Positions 8,025 to 16,107 of a stretch of DNA of 24,253 nucleotides are shown here, one piece after another; position 1 is the first letter of the stretch, and every line of letters begins with the position of its first letter. The stretch lies in contig CAYZLN010000004.1 in the NCBI GenBank assembly GCA_964479295.1, positions 1-24,253 on the forward strand, in the 5' to 3' direction. The notes beneath the pieces were generated by a model that saw only the letters and a program-made list of their open reading frames with translations, was not told where the DNA came from and did no database searches. Origin of the DNA: an uncultured Gemmatimonadota bacterium. Its GTDB lineage: Bacteria; Gemmatimonadota; Gemmatimonadetes; Palauibacterales; Palauibacteraceae. A program made the position numbers and the translations under genes.

Positions 8025-9454
8025 CCGGGGACGCAGGCGGGAGGGGCCCCGAGCCGGCGGCCGGGAAGACGGCGCCCTTCGAGCGGGGCGACCGGGTCGC
8101 GGTGGTGGGGCTGGGCGCGTCGGGGACCGCCGCGGCCCGGCTGGTCCACAGGCAGGGCGGGCGGGTCTACGCGAGCGACTACGTGGCGGGCGACCGGCAG
8201 CGGGCCGCCGCCGAGGCGCTCCGCGAGGAGGGGGTGGACGCCGAGACCGGCCGGCACGACCTGGAGAAGATCCGGGGCTGCCGGCTGGCGGTGGTCAGCC
8301 CCGGGGTCGCGCCCACCACGGAGGTGCGGCGCGAGCTGCGGGAGGCAGGCGTCCGCACGATCGCCGAGATCGAGCTCGCCTACCGGTTCCTGCCGTCGCG
8401 GCTGGTGGCCGTCACCGGCACCAACGGGAAGACCACGACCACGGCGCTGTGCGGCCACACGCTCCGCACGGGGGGGCTGGACGCCGAGACGGCGGGCAAC
8501 ATCGGGCGTCCCCTCTCCGAGGTGGCCCTGCGGGACGAGCCCCCGGAGTGGGTCGTGGTGGAGGTCAGCTCGTTCCAGCTCGCGGACATCGAGGACTTCC
8601 GGCCGGACGTGGGTGCGCTGCTGAACCTGGCCCCGGACCACCTGGACCGCTACCGCAACGTGGACCGGTACTACGCGGACAAGCGGCGCCTCTTCGACAA
8701 CGCGACGGCCGAGTCGAGGTGGGTGGTGAACGCCGACGACGAGGACGTCATGAGCCTCGTCGACGGCACGCCGGGCGAGCTCTTCCACTACTCCACCGAG
8801 CGGCGCCTGGCGGAGGGGGCGTTCCTGGACGCCGACGGGACGCTGGGCCTGCAGCTCGCCGGCCGCTCGGAGAGCTGGTGCACCGTCGACGACCTCCAGC
8901 TCGTGGGCCGCCACAACGTCTCCAACGCCCTCGCGGCCGGCCTCTCGGCGGCCCTGGCCGGCTGCGAGGCCCCCGGGATCGGGGAGGGGCTCTCCAGCTT
9001 CGAGGCGCTCCCGCATCGCCTCAAGCCGGTGGAGCGCGACGAGCGCGGCGTGCTCTGGGTGAACGACTCGAAGGCGACGAACGTGGCCGCCACGTCGGTG
9101 GCGGTGCAGGCGTTCGACGAGCCGTACGTGCTCGTCATGGGCGGACGGGGCAAGGGCGAGCCCTTCGACGACCTGGCCGTCCGGCTCCGGGCCCGCGCCC
9201 GGGCGCTCGTCGCCTTCGGCGAGTCGGCGCCGCAGATCGTCTCCGAGCTGGGCGACGCCGTCCCCGAGCTGCGGACCGAGTCGGGGATGGACGCGGTGGT
9301 CCGGGCGGCGGCGGAGCTCGCCGAGCCGGGGGACGTGGTGCTCTTCTCCCCGGCCTGCTCGAGCTTCGACATGTTCCCCGACTACGAGGCCCGGGGGGAA
9401 GCCTTCGAGCGGGCCGTGCGCCGGCTGCTCGAGGGCGGGGAGGGACGCCCGTGA
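8021..9454 (+). CDS. murD: UDP-MurNAc-L-Ala:D-Glu ligase MurD (477 aa)
   Basis: VVGLGASG, VVSPG, VTGTNGKTTT, GNIG, EVSSFQL, LNLAPDHLDRY, NDSKATN, FSPACSSFDMF; ATGA overlap with mraY. Confidence 0.97.
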   Translation: MTGDAGGRGPEPAAGKTAPFERGDRVAVVGLGASGTAAARLVHRQGGRVYASDYVAGDRQRAAAEALREEGVDAETGRHDLEKIRGCRLAVVSPGVAPTTEVRRELREAGVRTIAEIELAYRFLPSRLVAVTGTNGKTTTTALCGHTLRTGGLDAETAGNIGRPLSEVALRDEPPEWVVVEVSSFQLADIEDFRPDVGALLNLAPDHLDRYRNVDRYYADKRRLFDNATAESRWVVNADDEDVMSLVDGTPGELFHYSTERRLAEGAFLDADGTLGLQLAGRSESWCTVDDLQLVGRHNVSNALAAGLSAALAGCEAPGIGEGLSSFEALPHRLKPVERDERGVLWVNDSKATNVAATSVAVQAFDEPYVLVMGGRGKGEPFDDLAVRLRARARALVAFGESAPQIVSELGDAVPELRTESGMDAVVRAAAELAEPGDVVLFSPACSSFDMFPDYEARGEAFERAVRRLLEGGEGRP

Positions 9455-10587
9455 GCGCCTTCGCCTCGCGGGCCCTGGACGTGCAGGACGGAGGGCGGAC
9501 GGCCCCCTGGGCGGGGCGGACGCTGCTGACCGTGACCTTCGTGCTCGTGGTCTTCGGCGTGCTGGCGGTCTACAGCGCCAGCGCGGTCCTGGCGGAGTCC
9601 CGGGGGCTCGCGGCCGACCGGTTCCTGACGGACCAGCTCCTCCACGTCGGGGTGGGCGCCGTGGCGCTCGGCGTCGGCCGGGTCGTCGACTACCGGGTGT
9701 GGCGGAGCCTGGCGTGGCCGACGATGGCCGTCGCGCTGCTGGCGCTGGCCGCGGTGGTCGTCCCCGGGACGGAGTCGGTGGCCCCCAGGATCAACGGGGC
9801 CCGGCGCTGGCTGGACTTCGGGGTGACGTTCCAGCCCTCCGAGGCCGCCAAGTTCGCGGTGGTCGTCTGGACCGCCGCCCTCGCGGTGAAGAAGCAGGAC
9901 CGGCTCCACAGCTTCCGCTACGGGATGCTCCCGTTCCTCCTGGTGGTGGGGGCGGCGTGCGGCCTGGTCCTGCTGGAGCCCCATCTCTCGGCGGCCATGA
10001 TCCTGGCGGTGCTCGCCGGGGTGGTCCTCTTCGCCGCCGGGGCGCGGCTCGGCCATTTCCTGCTGCTCGCCGGGATCTCGGTCCCGCTCCTCTGGGACCA
10101 GATCGTGAACACGGGCTACCGGATGAGCCGGGTCACGGCCTTCCTGGAGCCGGCCACCAGCGAAGCCGGGTACCAGCTCCGCCAGTCGCTCATCGCGGTG
10201 GGCTCGGGGGGGCTGTTCGGCGTCGGGTTCGGGGAGAGCCGCCAGAAGCTCTACTACCTCCCGGAGCCCCAGAACGACTTCGTGTTCCCCATCATCGCCG
10301 AGGAGTGGGGCTTCGTGGGCGCGGCCGCCCTGATCGGCCTCTTCCTGGCCTGGACCCTCCTGGGGCTCAGGATCGCCGCCTCGGCCCCGGACCTCTTCGG
10401 CCGCCTGCTGGCGGTGGGGCTCACGGCCGTGGTGGCGGTGGGCGCGTTCGGCCACTTCGGGGTGACCCTCGGCCTGCTGCCGACGACGGGCGTGAACCTG
10501 CCCTTCGTGAGCGCCGGCGGCACCCACCTGGTGGTGGCGATGGCGTCGACGGGGGTCCTGCTCAACGTCGCACAGGGGAGGGACTGA
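9451..10587 (+). CDS. ftsW: SEDS peptidoglycan glycosyltransferase FtsW (378 aa)
   Basis: Multi-pass membrane protein with VYSAS, GARRWL, QPSEAAK, GYQLRQS, LPEPQNDF (catalytic Asp), GVNLPFVS; canonical slot between murD and murG; GTGA overlap. Confidence 0.95.
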   Translation: MSAFASRALDVQDGGRTAPWAGRTLLTVTFVLVVFGVLAVYSASAVLAESRGLAADRFLTDQLLHVGVGAVALGVGRVVDYRVWRSLAWPTMAVALLALAAVVVPGTESVAPRINGARRWLDFGVTFQPSEAAKFAVVVWTAALAVKKQDRLHSFRYGMLPFLLVVGAACGLVLLEPHLSAAMILAVLAGVVLFAAGARLGHFLLLAGISVPLLWDQIVNTGYRMSRVTAFLEPATSEAGYQLRQSLIAVGSGGLFGVGFGESRQKLYYLPEPQNDFVFPIIAEEWGFVGAAALIGLFLAWTLLGLRIAASAPDLFGRLLAVGLTAVVAVGAFGHFGVTLGLLPTTGVNLPFVSAGGTHLVVAMASTGVLLNVAQGRD

Positions 10588-10590
10588 GCC

Positions 10591-11712
10591 GTGGGGGCGC
10601 GGATCCTGGTCACCGGCGGGGGGACGGGCGGTCACCTGTACCCGGCCCTGAACCTGATGGAGGCCCTGCGCGACCTCGAGCCGGACGTCGAGCTCCGCTA
10701 CGTGGGCGCGCGCCGGGGGCTCGAGGCGGACGTCGTGCCCGGCCGCGACGTGCCCCACCGGCTCCTGCCGATCCATCCCCTCTACCGGAGCCGGCCGTGG
10801 CGGAACTGGCGGCTGGCGGCGGGGGTCGTGCCGGCGCTGGCGGGCGCCGCCCGCGCGATCGGCGACCTGGACCCGGACGTGGTGCTGGGCACCGGCGGCT
10901 ACGCGTCGTCCCCGGCGCTGGCGTGGGCCCGGCTGACCGGCCGGCCCGTCGCGCTCCAGGAGCAGAACGCCCGGCCGGGGCTGGTGACCCGCGCGATGGC
11001 GGGGGGCGCGGACCAGATCCACCTGGGCTTCCCGGAGGCGCGCGAGGGGATCGACCCGGGGGCCGCCACGGAGGTCTTCGACCACGGCAACCCCGTGGCC
11101 CCGCCCGGCCGGCCGGCGGGGTCCCCGTACGACTGGCCCGAGGGGGGGCGTGTGGTGCTCGTCGCCGGGGGCAGCCAGGGCGCGGCGAGCCTGAACCGGC
11201 GGCTCCTGTCGGACCTGCGGCAGATCCGGGCGTGGCCGTCGGACCTCCACATGGTCTGGATCGCGGGCCGCGGGGACGCCGACGAGCTGGCCTCGCGGGT
11301 CGAGAGCATCCCCTGGAGCGACCGGGTCCGGGTGGTGCCGTACATCGACGAGCTCGGCCGTCAGCTCTCCCGGGTCACCCTGGCCATCTCCCGGGCGGGG
11401 GCGATGTTCGTCTCCGAGCTGGCGGCGGCCGGCGTGCCCTCGGTCCTGGTCCCGTTCCCGTCGGCCGCCGGCGGGCACCAGCGGGCGAACGCCCGGGCCC
11501 TGGCGGAGGAGGGCGCCGCGGTCGTGCGGGACGAGCGGGGGCTCGCCGACGGCGAGCTGTGGCGGCTCGCGTCGCACATCGTGGCCGACCGCGACCGGCT
11601 CGGGGAGATGTCGGAGGCCGCGCGTCGACGCGGGGCGCCCGACGCCGCCCGGCGAATCGCGGAGGACGTCCTTCGGCTGGTCGGCGAGGGCGCCGGCGGG
11701 GGACGGCCGTGA
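10591..11712 (+). CDS. murG: Lipid II GlcNAc transferase MurG (373 aa)
   Basis: GGGTGGHLYP, GTGGYAS, EQNARPG, GNPV, GGSQGA, SRAGA, HQRANA. Confidence 0.97.
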   Translation: MGARILVTGGGTGGHLYPALNLMEALRDLEPDVELRYVGARRGLEADVVPGRDVPHRLLPIHPLYRSRPWRNWRLAAGVVPALAGAARAIGDLDPDVVLGTGGYASSPALAWARLTGRPVALQEQNARPGLVTRAMAGGADQIHLGFPEAREGIDPGAATEVFDHGNPVAPPGRPAGSPYDWPEGGRVVLVAGGSQGAASLNRRLLSDLRQIRAWPSDLHMVWIAGRGDADELASRVESIPWSDRVRVVPYIDELGRQLSRVTLAISRAGAMFVSELAAAGVPSVLVPFPSAAGGHQRANARALAEEGAAVVRDERGLADGELWRLASHIVADRDRLGEMSEAARRRGAPDAARRIAEDVLRLVGEGAGGGRP

Positions 11713-13154
11713 GGGCCGGGACCGCCCGCGACGGGGACGCCCTGGCGCGCGCCTCCGGCGGAGACGACGCGCTGCCCGGCGCCGACGACCTCCCGGCCCC
11801 GCCCGCCCGCGTGCACCTCGTGGGCGCCGGCGGCGCCGGCATGCGGGGGCTGGCGGTGCTCCTGGCGGCGGCCGGCCACCGGGTCGACGGCTGCGACCGG
11901 AGCGACGAGGCCGCCGCGCCGGAGATCGACGAGGCCGGGGGCGAGCTCCGGTCGGGGCACGACCCGGCCCACGTGGAGGACGTCGACCTCCTGGTGCACA
12001 GCTCGGCCGTCCCGGACGACCACCCGGAGCTGGCGGCCGCCCGCGGCCGGGTCGTGCCCGTGTGGAAGCGCGCCCGCGCGCTGGCCGCCCTGGTGAACGA
12101 CCGTGACCTCGCGGCGGTCGCCGGCACCCACGGCAAGACCACCATCACGGCCATGGCGGGCCTCGCCGCGCGGGCCGCGGGCCTCGACCCCACGGTGGTG
12201 GTCGGGGGGCGGGTGCCGGAGTGGGAGGCCCACGCGGTCTCCGGCTCGGGGCCGGCGGCCCTGGTGGAGGCCGACGAGTACGACGGCTCCTTCCTCGAGC
12301 TCGCGCCCGACCTCGTGCTCGTGAGCTCCGTGGAGGAGGAGCACCTGGAGAGCTACGGGGACATGGACGGGCTGGAGGCCGCCTTCCGCCGCTTCGCCGG
12401 CCGCACGCCGGGCCGGGGCGACGTCCTCTACTGCGTCGACGACCGCGGTGCCCGACGCCTCGGGCGGGAGCTCGGCGGCGCGGGCTACGGCTTCGGCCCC
12501 GGCGCGGCCTACCGGGTGGACGAGCTGCGGCCCGCGCGGGACGGCCGGCCGGCGCGTGCCCGCCTGGAGACGCCGGCGGGGCCCGTGGAGCTGCAGGTGG
12601 GCGCCGCGGGCCGCCACAACCTCCAGAACGCGGCCGGCGCAATGGGGCTGGCGATCCGGCTGGGGGCCGACCCGGAAAACGCCGCCGGGGCGCTGGGCGG
12701 CTTCCGGGGCGTCTCGCGGCGCCTGGAGACCCTCGTCGACGCGCAGGCCGTCTCGGTGGTCGACGACTACGCCCACCACCCCACCGAGGTCCGGGCCTCC
12801 ATCGCGGCGGCCCGGGGCGCGTGGCCCGACCGGCGGCTCGTGGCGGTCTTCCAGCCGCACCTCTATTCCCGGACCCGGCGGTTCGCGGAGGCGTTCGCCG
12901 AGGCCCTGGCGGCCGCCGACGAAGGGCTCGTCCTGCCGGTCTACGGGGCCCGCGAGGACCCGATCCCGGGGGTCGACGCCGGACTCGTCGCCGGCGCCGC
13001 GTCCGGGCTCGAGGAGGTCGACCGGGAGGCGGCCCGGGAGCGGGCCCTGTCGGCCGGATCCGGGACCGTGCTGCTCTTCATGGGCGCCGGCGACGTGACC
13101 CGGCTGGCCCGGGAGGTCGCCGCGGAGGTGGAGCGCCGTGCGCTGGGAGCGTGA
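11709..13154 (+). CDS. murC: UDP-MurNAc:L-Ala ligase MurC (481 aa)
   Basis: HLVGAGGAGM, VAGTHGKTT, EADEYDGSFL, HNLQNA, GVSRR, DDYAHHPTEV, FQPHLYSRT, MGAGD; GTGA overlap with murG, with a ~30-aa low-complexity N-terminal extension. Confidence 0.95.
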   Translation: MRAGTARDGDALARASGGDDALPGADDLPAPPARVHLVGAGGAGMRGLAVLLAAAGHRVDGCDRSDEAAAPEIDEAGGELRSGHDPAHVEDVDLLVHSSAVPDDHPELAAARGRVVPVWKRARALAALVNDRDLAAVAGTHGKTTITAMAGLAARAAGLDPTVVVGGRVPEWEAHAVSGSGPAALVEADEYDGSFLELAPDLVLVSSVEEEHLESYGDMDGLEAAFRRFAGRTPGRGDVLYCVDDRGARRLGRELGGAGYGFGPGAAYRVDELRPARDGRPARARLETPAGPVELQVGAAGRHNLQNAAGAMGLAIRLGADPENAAGALGGFRGVSRRLETLVDAQAVSVVDDYAHHPTEVRASIAAARGAWPDRRLVAVFQPHLYSRTRRFAEAFAEALAAADEGLVLPVYGAREDPIPGVDAGLVAGAASGLEEVDREAARERALSAGSGTVLLFMGAGDVTRLAREVAAEVERRALGA

Positions 13155-14082
13155 CGTGCCCATGTCCGAGTGGACGCGCTACCGGATCGGCGGGCCGGCG
13201 GCCCGCTTCGCGGTCGTGGACGGCCGGGCGGACCTCCGGGCCGCCCTCTCGGAGCGCGGAGGACGGCCGTGTCGGGTCGTCGGCGGCGGGGCCAACGTCC
13301 TGGTCGCCGACCGGGGGGTGGAGGACGCCGTGGTGAAGCTCGGCGACGCCTTCGACTACGTCCGGGGGCCGGAGGCCGGCGCGCTCGAGGCGGGAGCGGC
13401 CGCGGGGCTGCCGGCCCTCGTCGGCGCGGCCCGGCGCAACGCCCTGGAGGGCTGGGTCTTCCTCGAGGCCGTTCCGGGGACGGTCGGGGGCGGCCTGCGG
13501 ATGAACGCGGGCTCCCGGGACGCCTGGCTCTGGGACCGCGTCGTCTGGGCCGAGGCCGTCACCCCCGAGGGGGACGAGCGTCGCCTGACCCCGGAGGAGG
13601 CCGAGCCCGAATACCGCGGCGTGGGGGTTCCCGGGAGCTGGATCTTCGTCCGGGCCCGCTTCGAGGCCAGGGAGGGCGACCCCGAGGAGGTCGAACGCGC
13701 CCATCTGGAGTTCCGCCGCCGGAAGGTCGAGGCGCAGGTCTACGACCGGCGGTCGGTGGGGTCCATCTGGAAGAACCCGGGCGAGCCCCACGGCTCGGCG
13801 TGGCGGGTGGTGGACCGGGTGGGCATGCGGGGGGCCCGCAGCGGCGGGGCGCAGGTCTCCGAGGAGCACGCGAACTTCATCGTGAACACCGGCGACGCCC
13901 GCGCGGACGACGTGCTGGGGCTGATGGCCGAGACCCGGCGCCGCGCCCGGGACGAGCTGGGGGTGCAGCTCGAGCCGGAGATCCGGCTCTGGGGGTTCAC
14001 CCGGGAGGAGCTCCGGTCGGTGGGGGCGCTCCCCCGCGGGGACGAGGCCGGCGGGGACCGCGGGGACGGAGGGCGCCGATGA
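13138..14082 (+). CDS. murB: UDP-N-acetylenolpyruvoylglucosamine reductase MurB (314 aa)
   Basis: RIGGPA, GGGANVLV, PGTVGG..RMNAG, GS..KNP, HANFIVN, LEPEI. GTG 13138 preceded by GGAGG at 13124-13128; 17-nt overlap with murC. Confidence 0.94.
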   Translation: MRWERDVPMSEWTRYRIGGPAARFAVVDGRADLRAALSERGGRPCRVVGGGANVLVADRGVEDAVVKLGDAFDYVRGPEAGALEAGAAAGLPALVGAARRNALEGWVFLEAVPGTVGGGLRMNAGSRDAWLWDRVVWAEAVTPEGDERRLTPEEAEPEYRGVGVPGSWIFVRARFEAREGDPEEVERAHLEFRRRKVEAQVYDRRSVGSIWKNPGEPHGSAWRVVDRVGMRGARSGGAQVSEEHANFIVNTGDARADDVLGLMAETRRRARDELGVQLEPEIRLWGFTREELRSVGALPRGDEAGGDRGDGGRR

Positions 14083-14864
14083 GCCCGCGGACCCGCCGGC
14101 GCGTGTACGTCGTGGCGGTCGCGGCCGCCCTGGGCGCGACGGTGCCCCTGTGGGGGCCGCCCGCCCTGGCCCGGCTCCCCGTCTTCACCGTCGAGGAGGT
14201 GGGCGTGGTCGGGACCCGATACGTGCCCCCCGACGAGGTGGTCCGGAGGGCCGACGTGGAGCCCGACGCCTCGGTCTGGGACGACCCGGGCGCCTGGGAG
14301 CGGCGGGTCGAGGCCCACCCCCTGGTGCGGGAGGCCGCGGTGAGCCGGGCGGGGTTCCGGCGGCTGGAGATCCAGGTCCGCGAGGTGGAGCCGGTCGCCC
14401 TGGTGCCCGGATCCGGGCTCGTGCCGGTGGACGCCGAGGGCCGGGCCCTGCCCCTGGACCCGGCGGAGGTCGACCTCGATCTCCCGCTGCTGCCCGGCGG
14501 GCGGGTGGAGGAGGGAGAGGTGGCGGAGGACGGGGGACGGGACCTCCTGCGCGTCCTCGTCGCCCTCCGCCGACACGAGCCCGACTTCGTCCGCCGCGTC
14601 TCGTCGGTCGCCCGCGGGGAGAACGGCTCGGTCCGGGTCCGCCTCACCGAGGGCCAGGCGTGCGAGCTGATCCTGCTGCCCCGGGAGCGGCCCGTGGAGG
14701 CCTTCCGGCGGGTGGAGAGCGCGCTGGGCCGCCACGGGGACGCCGACGGCGTGCGGGCGGCCGACGCACGGTTCGACGGCCAGGTGGTGCTCCGCCTCCG
14801 CGAGCCCGACGGGCGGGGCCGGTCGGCCTCGGCCCGGGACCGCCGCCGGGAGGGGCGGGGATGA
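14079..14864 (+). CDS. ftsQ: Cell division protein FtsQ/DivIB (261 aa)
   Basis: Short basic N-terminus, TM helix, POTRA-like segment (FTVEEVGVVGTRYV...LEIQVREVEP), C-terminal DARFDGQVV; directly upstream of ftsA; ATGA overlaps on both sides. Confidence 0.88.
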   Translation: MSPRTRRRVYVVAVAAALGATVPLWGPPALARLPVFTVEEVGVVGTRYVPPDEVVRRADVEPDASVWDDPGAWERRVEAHPLVREAAVSRAGFRRLEIQVREVEPVALVPGSGLVPVDAEGRALPLDPAEVDLDLPLLPGGRVEEGEVAEDGGRDLLRVLVALRRHEPDFVRRVSSVARGENGSVRVRLTEGQACELILLPRERPVEAFRRVESALGRHGDADGVRAADARFDGQVVLRLREPDGRGRSASARDRRREGRG

Positions 14865-16078
14865 TCGCCCGTCCCGACGTCGTCACCGGCCTGGACGTGG
14901 GGTCGACGAAGACCTGCGCGGTCATCCTGGACGGCACGGCCGGGGAGCCCGGCCGGGTCCTGGGCGTGGGCCTGGCCGCCACCGAGGGCGTCCGGTCGGA
15001 CGAGGTGACGGACCTCGAGGCCACGACCCGCTCCGTCCGCGAGGCGGTGGAGGAGGCCGAGATCATGGCCGGTCTGGAGGTCGACCGGGCGTACGTCGGG
15101 CTCCCCGGTCGGCACGTGGAGGTCGGGGCCTCCTCGGGCGTGGTGGCGGTCTCGGGCGACGAGGTCACCCGCGGGGACCTGGAGCGCGTCCACGAGGTCG
15201 GGCGGGCGGTGGTGGTCTCCCCCGACAGGGAGCTGCTCCACGCCATCCCCCAGGAGTACGCGGTGGACGGCCGGGGCGGCATCCAGGCCCCGGTCGGGAT
15301 GGCGGCCACCCGGCTCGAGGCGGACGTGTGCGTCGTGACCGCGTCCTCGGCCGCGTGCCGGGACCTGCGGACCGCGGTCGACCGCGCCGGCTGCATCGTC
15401 GACGAGCTCGTGCTCGAGGCCCTGGCCAGCAGCATGGCCGTGCTCCGCGAGCGGGAGAGGGAGGCCGGCGTCGCGCTCGTGGAGGTGGGGGGCGCCGCGA
15501 CGGAGCTGGCCGTCTTCCGGGACGGCAAGATCCGTCATCTCGCGTCCTTCCCCTGGGGCGGCCACACGGTGACGAGCGACGTGGTCAAGGGCCTCGGGGT
15601 CCCGTTGGACGAGGCGGAGCGGCTGAAGCGCAGCGCCGGGGTGGCGCGCACCGACCGGGTCGACCCGGAGCGGAGGGTGGAGGTCAGGGGGGTGGCCGAC
15701 GGCACGCCCCGGGAGGTCTCCCGGGAGCTGCTGGCCCACATCATCGAGCAGCGGATGGACGAGATCTTCGGCCTGGTCTACGACGAGCTCCGCGACCGCG
15801 GGCTGCGCGACGATCTGGACGCGGGGGTCGTGCTCAGCGGCGGCGGCGCGGGGCTCCCGGGAACGGTCGAGCTCGCCCAGTCCGTCTTCAACCTGCCGGT
15901 GCGGCTCGGCGAGCCGGGGGACGGGCTGTCCGGGTTCGCCGACGCCGTGCGCAAGCCGAAGTTCGCCACGGGCGTAGGGCTGGCGCTCTACGGACGACAG
16001 CGCGAGCGGAACGGGGTCGGCAGCGCGGCCGGCCGCGTGCTCGAGAGGATGACGGACTGGTTGAAGGACTTCTTCTGA
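14861..16078 (+). CDS. ftsA: Cell division protein FtsA (405 aa)
   Basis: GLDVGSTK, HAIPQEYAVDG, VEVGG, EAERLK, GVVLSGGG, PKFATGVGL, C-terminal amphipathic helix (RMTDWLKDFF). Confidence 0.97.
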   Translation: MIARPDVVTGLDVGSTKTCAVILDGTAGEPGRVLGVGLAATEGVRSDEVTDLEATTRSVREAVEEAEIMAGLEVDRAYVGLPGRHVEVGASSGVVAVSGDEVTRGDLERVHEVGRAVVVSPDRELLHAIPQEYAVDGRGGIQAPVGMAATRLEADVCVVTASSAACRDLRTAVDRAGCIVDELVLEALASSMAVLREREREAGVALVEVGGAATELAVFRDGKIRHLASFPWGGHTVTSDVVKGLGVPLDEAERLKRSAGVARTDRVDPERRVEVRGVADGTPREVSRELLAHIIEQRMDEIFGLVYDELRDRGLRDDLDAGVVLSGGGAGLPGTVELAQSVFNLPVRLGEPGDGLSGFADAVRKPKFATGVGLALYGRQRERNGVGSAAGRVLERMTDWLKDFF

Positions 16079-16096
16079 GAGAACGACCACATCGCC

Positions 16097-16102
16097 AGGA
16101 GG
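16097..16102 (+). promoter_or_regulatory. Strong Shine-Dalgarno (AGGAGG) for ftsZ
   Basis: Perfect AGGAGG 5 nt before ATG 16108, in a 29-nt gap after ftsA. Confidence 0.85.
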
Positions 16103-16107
16103 CGGCC

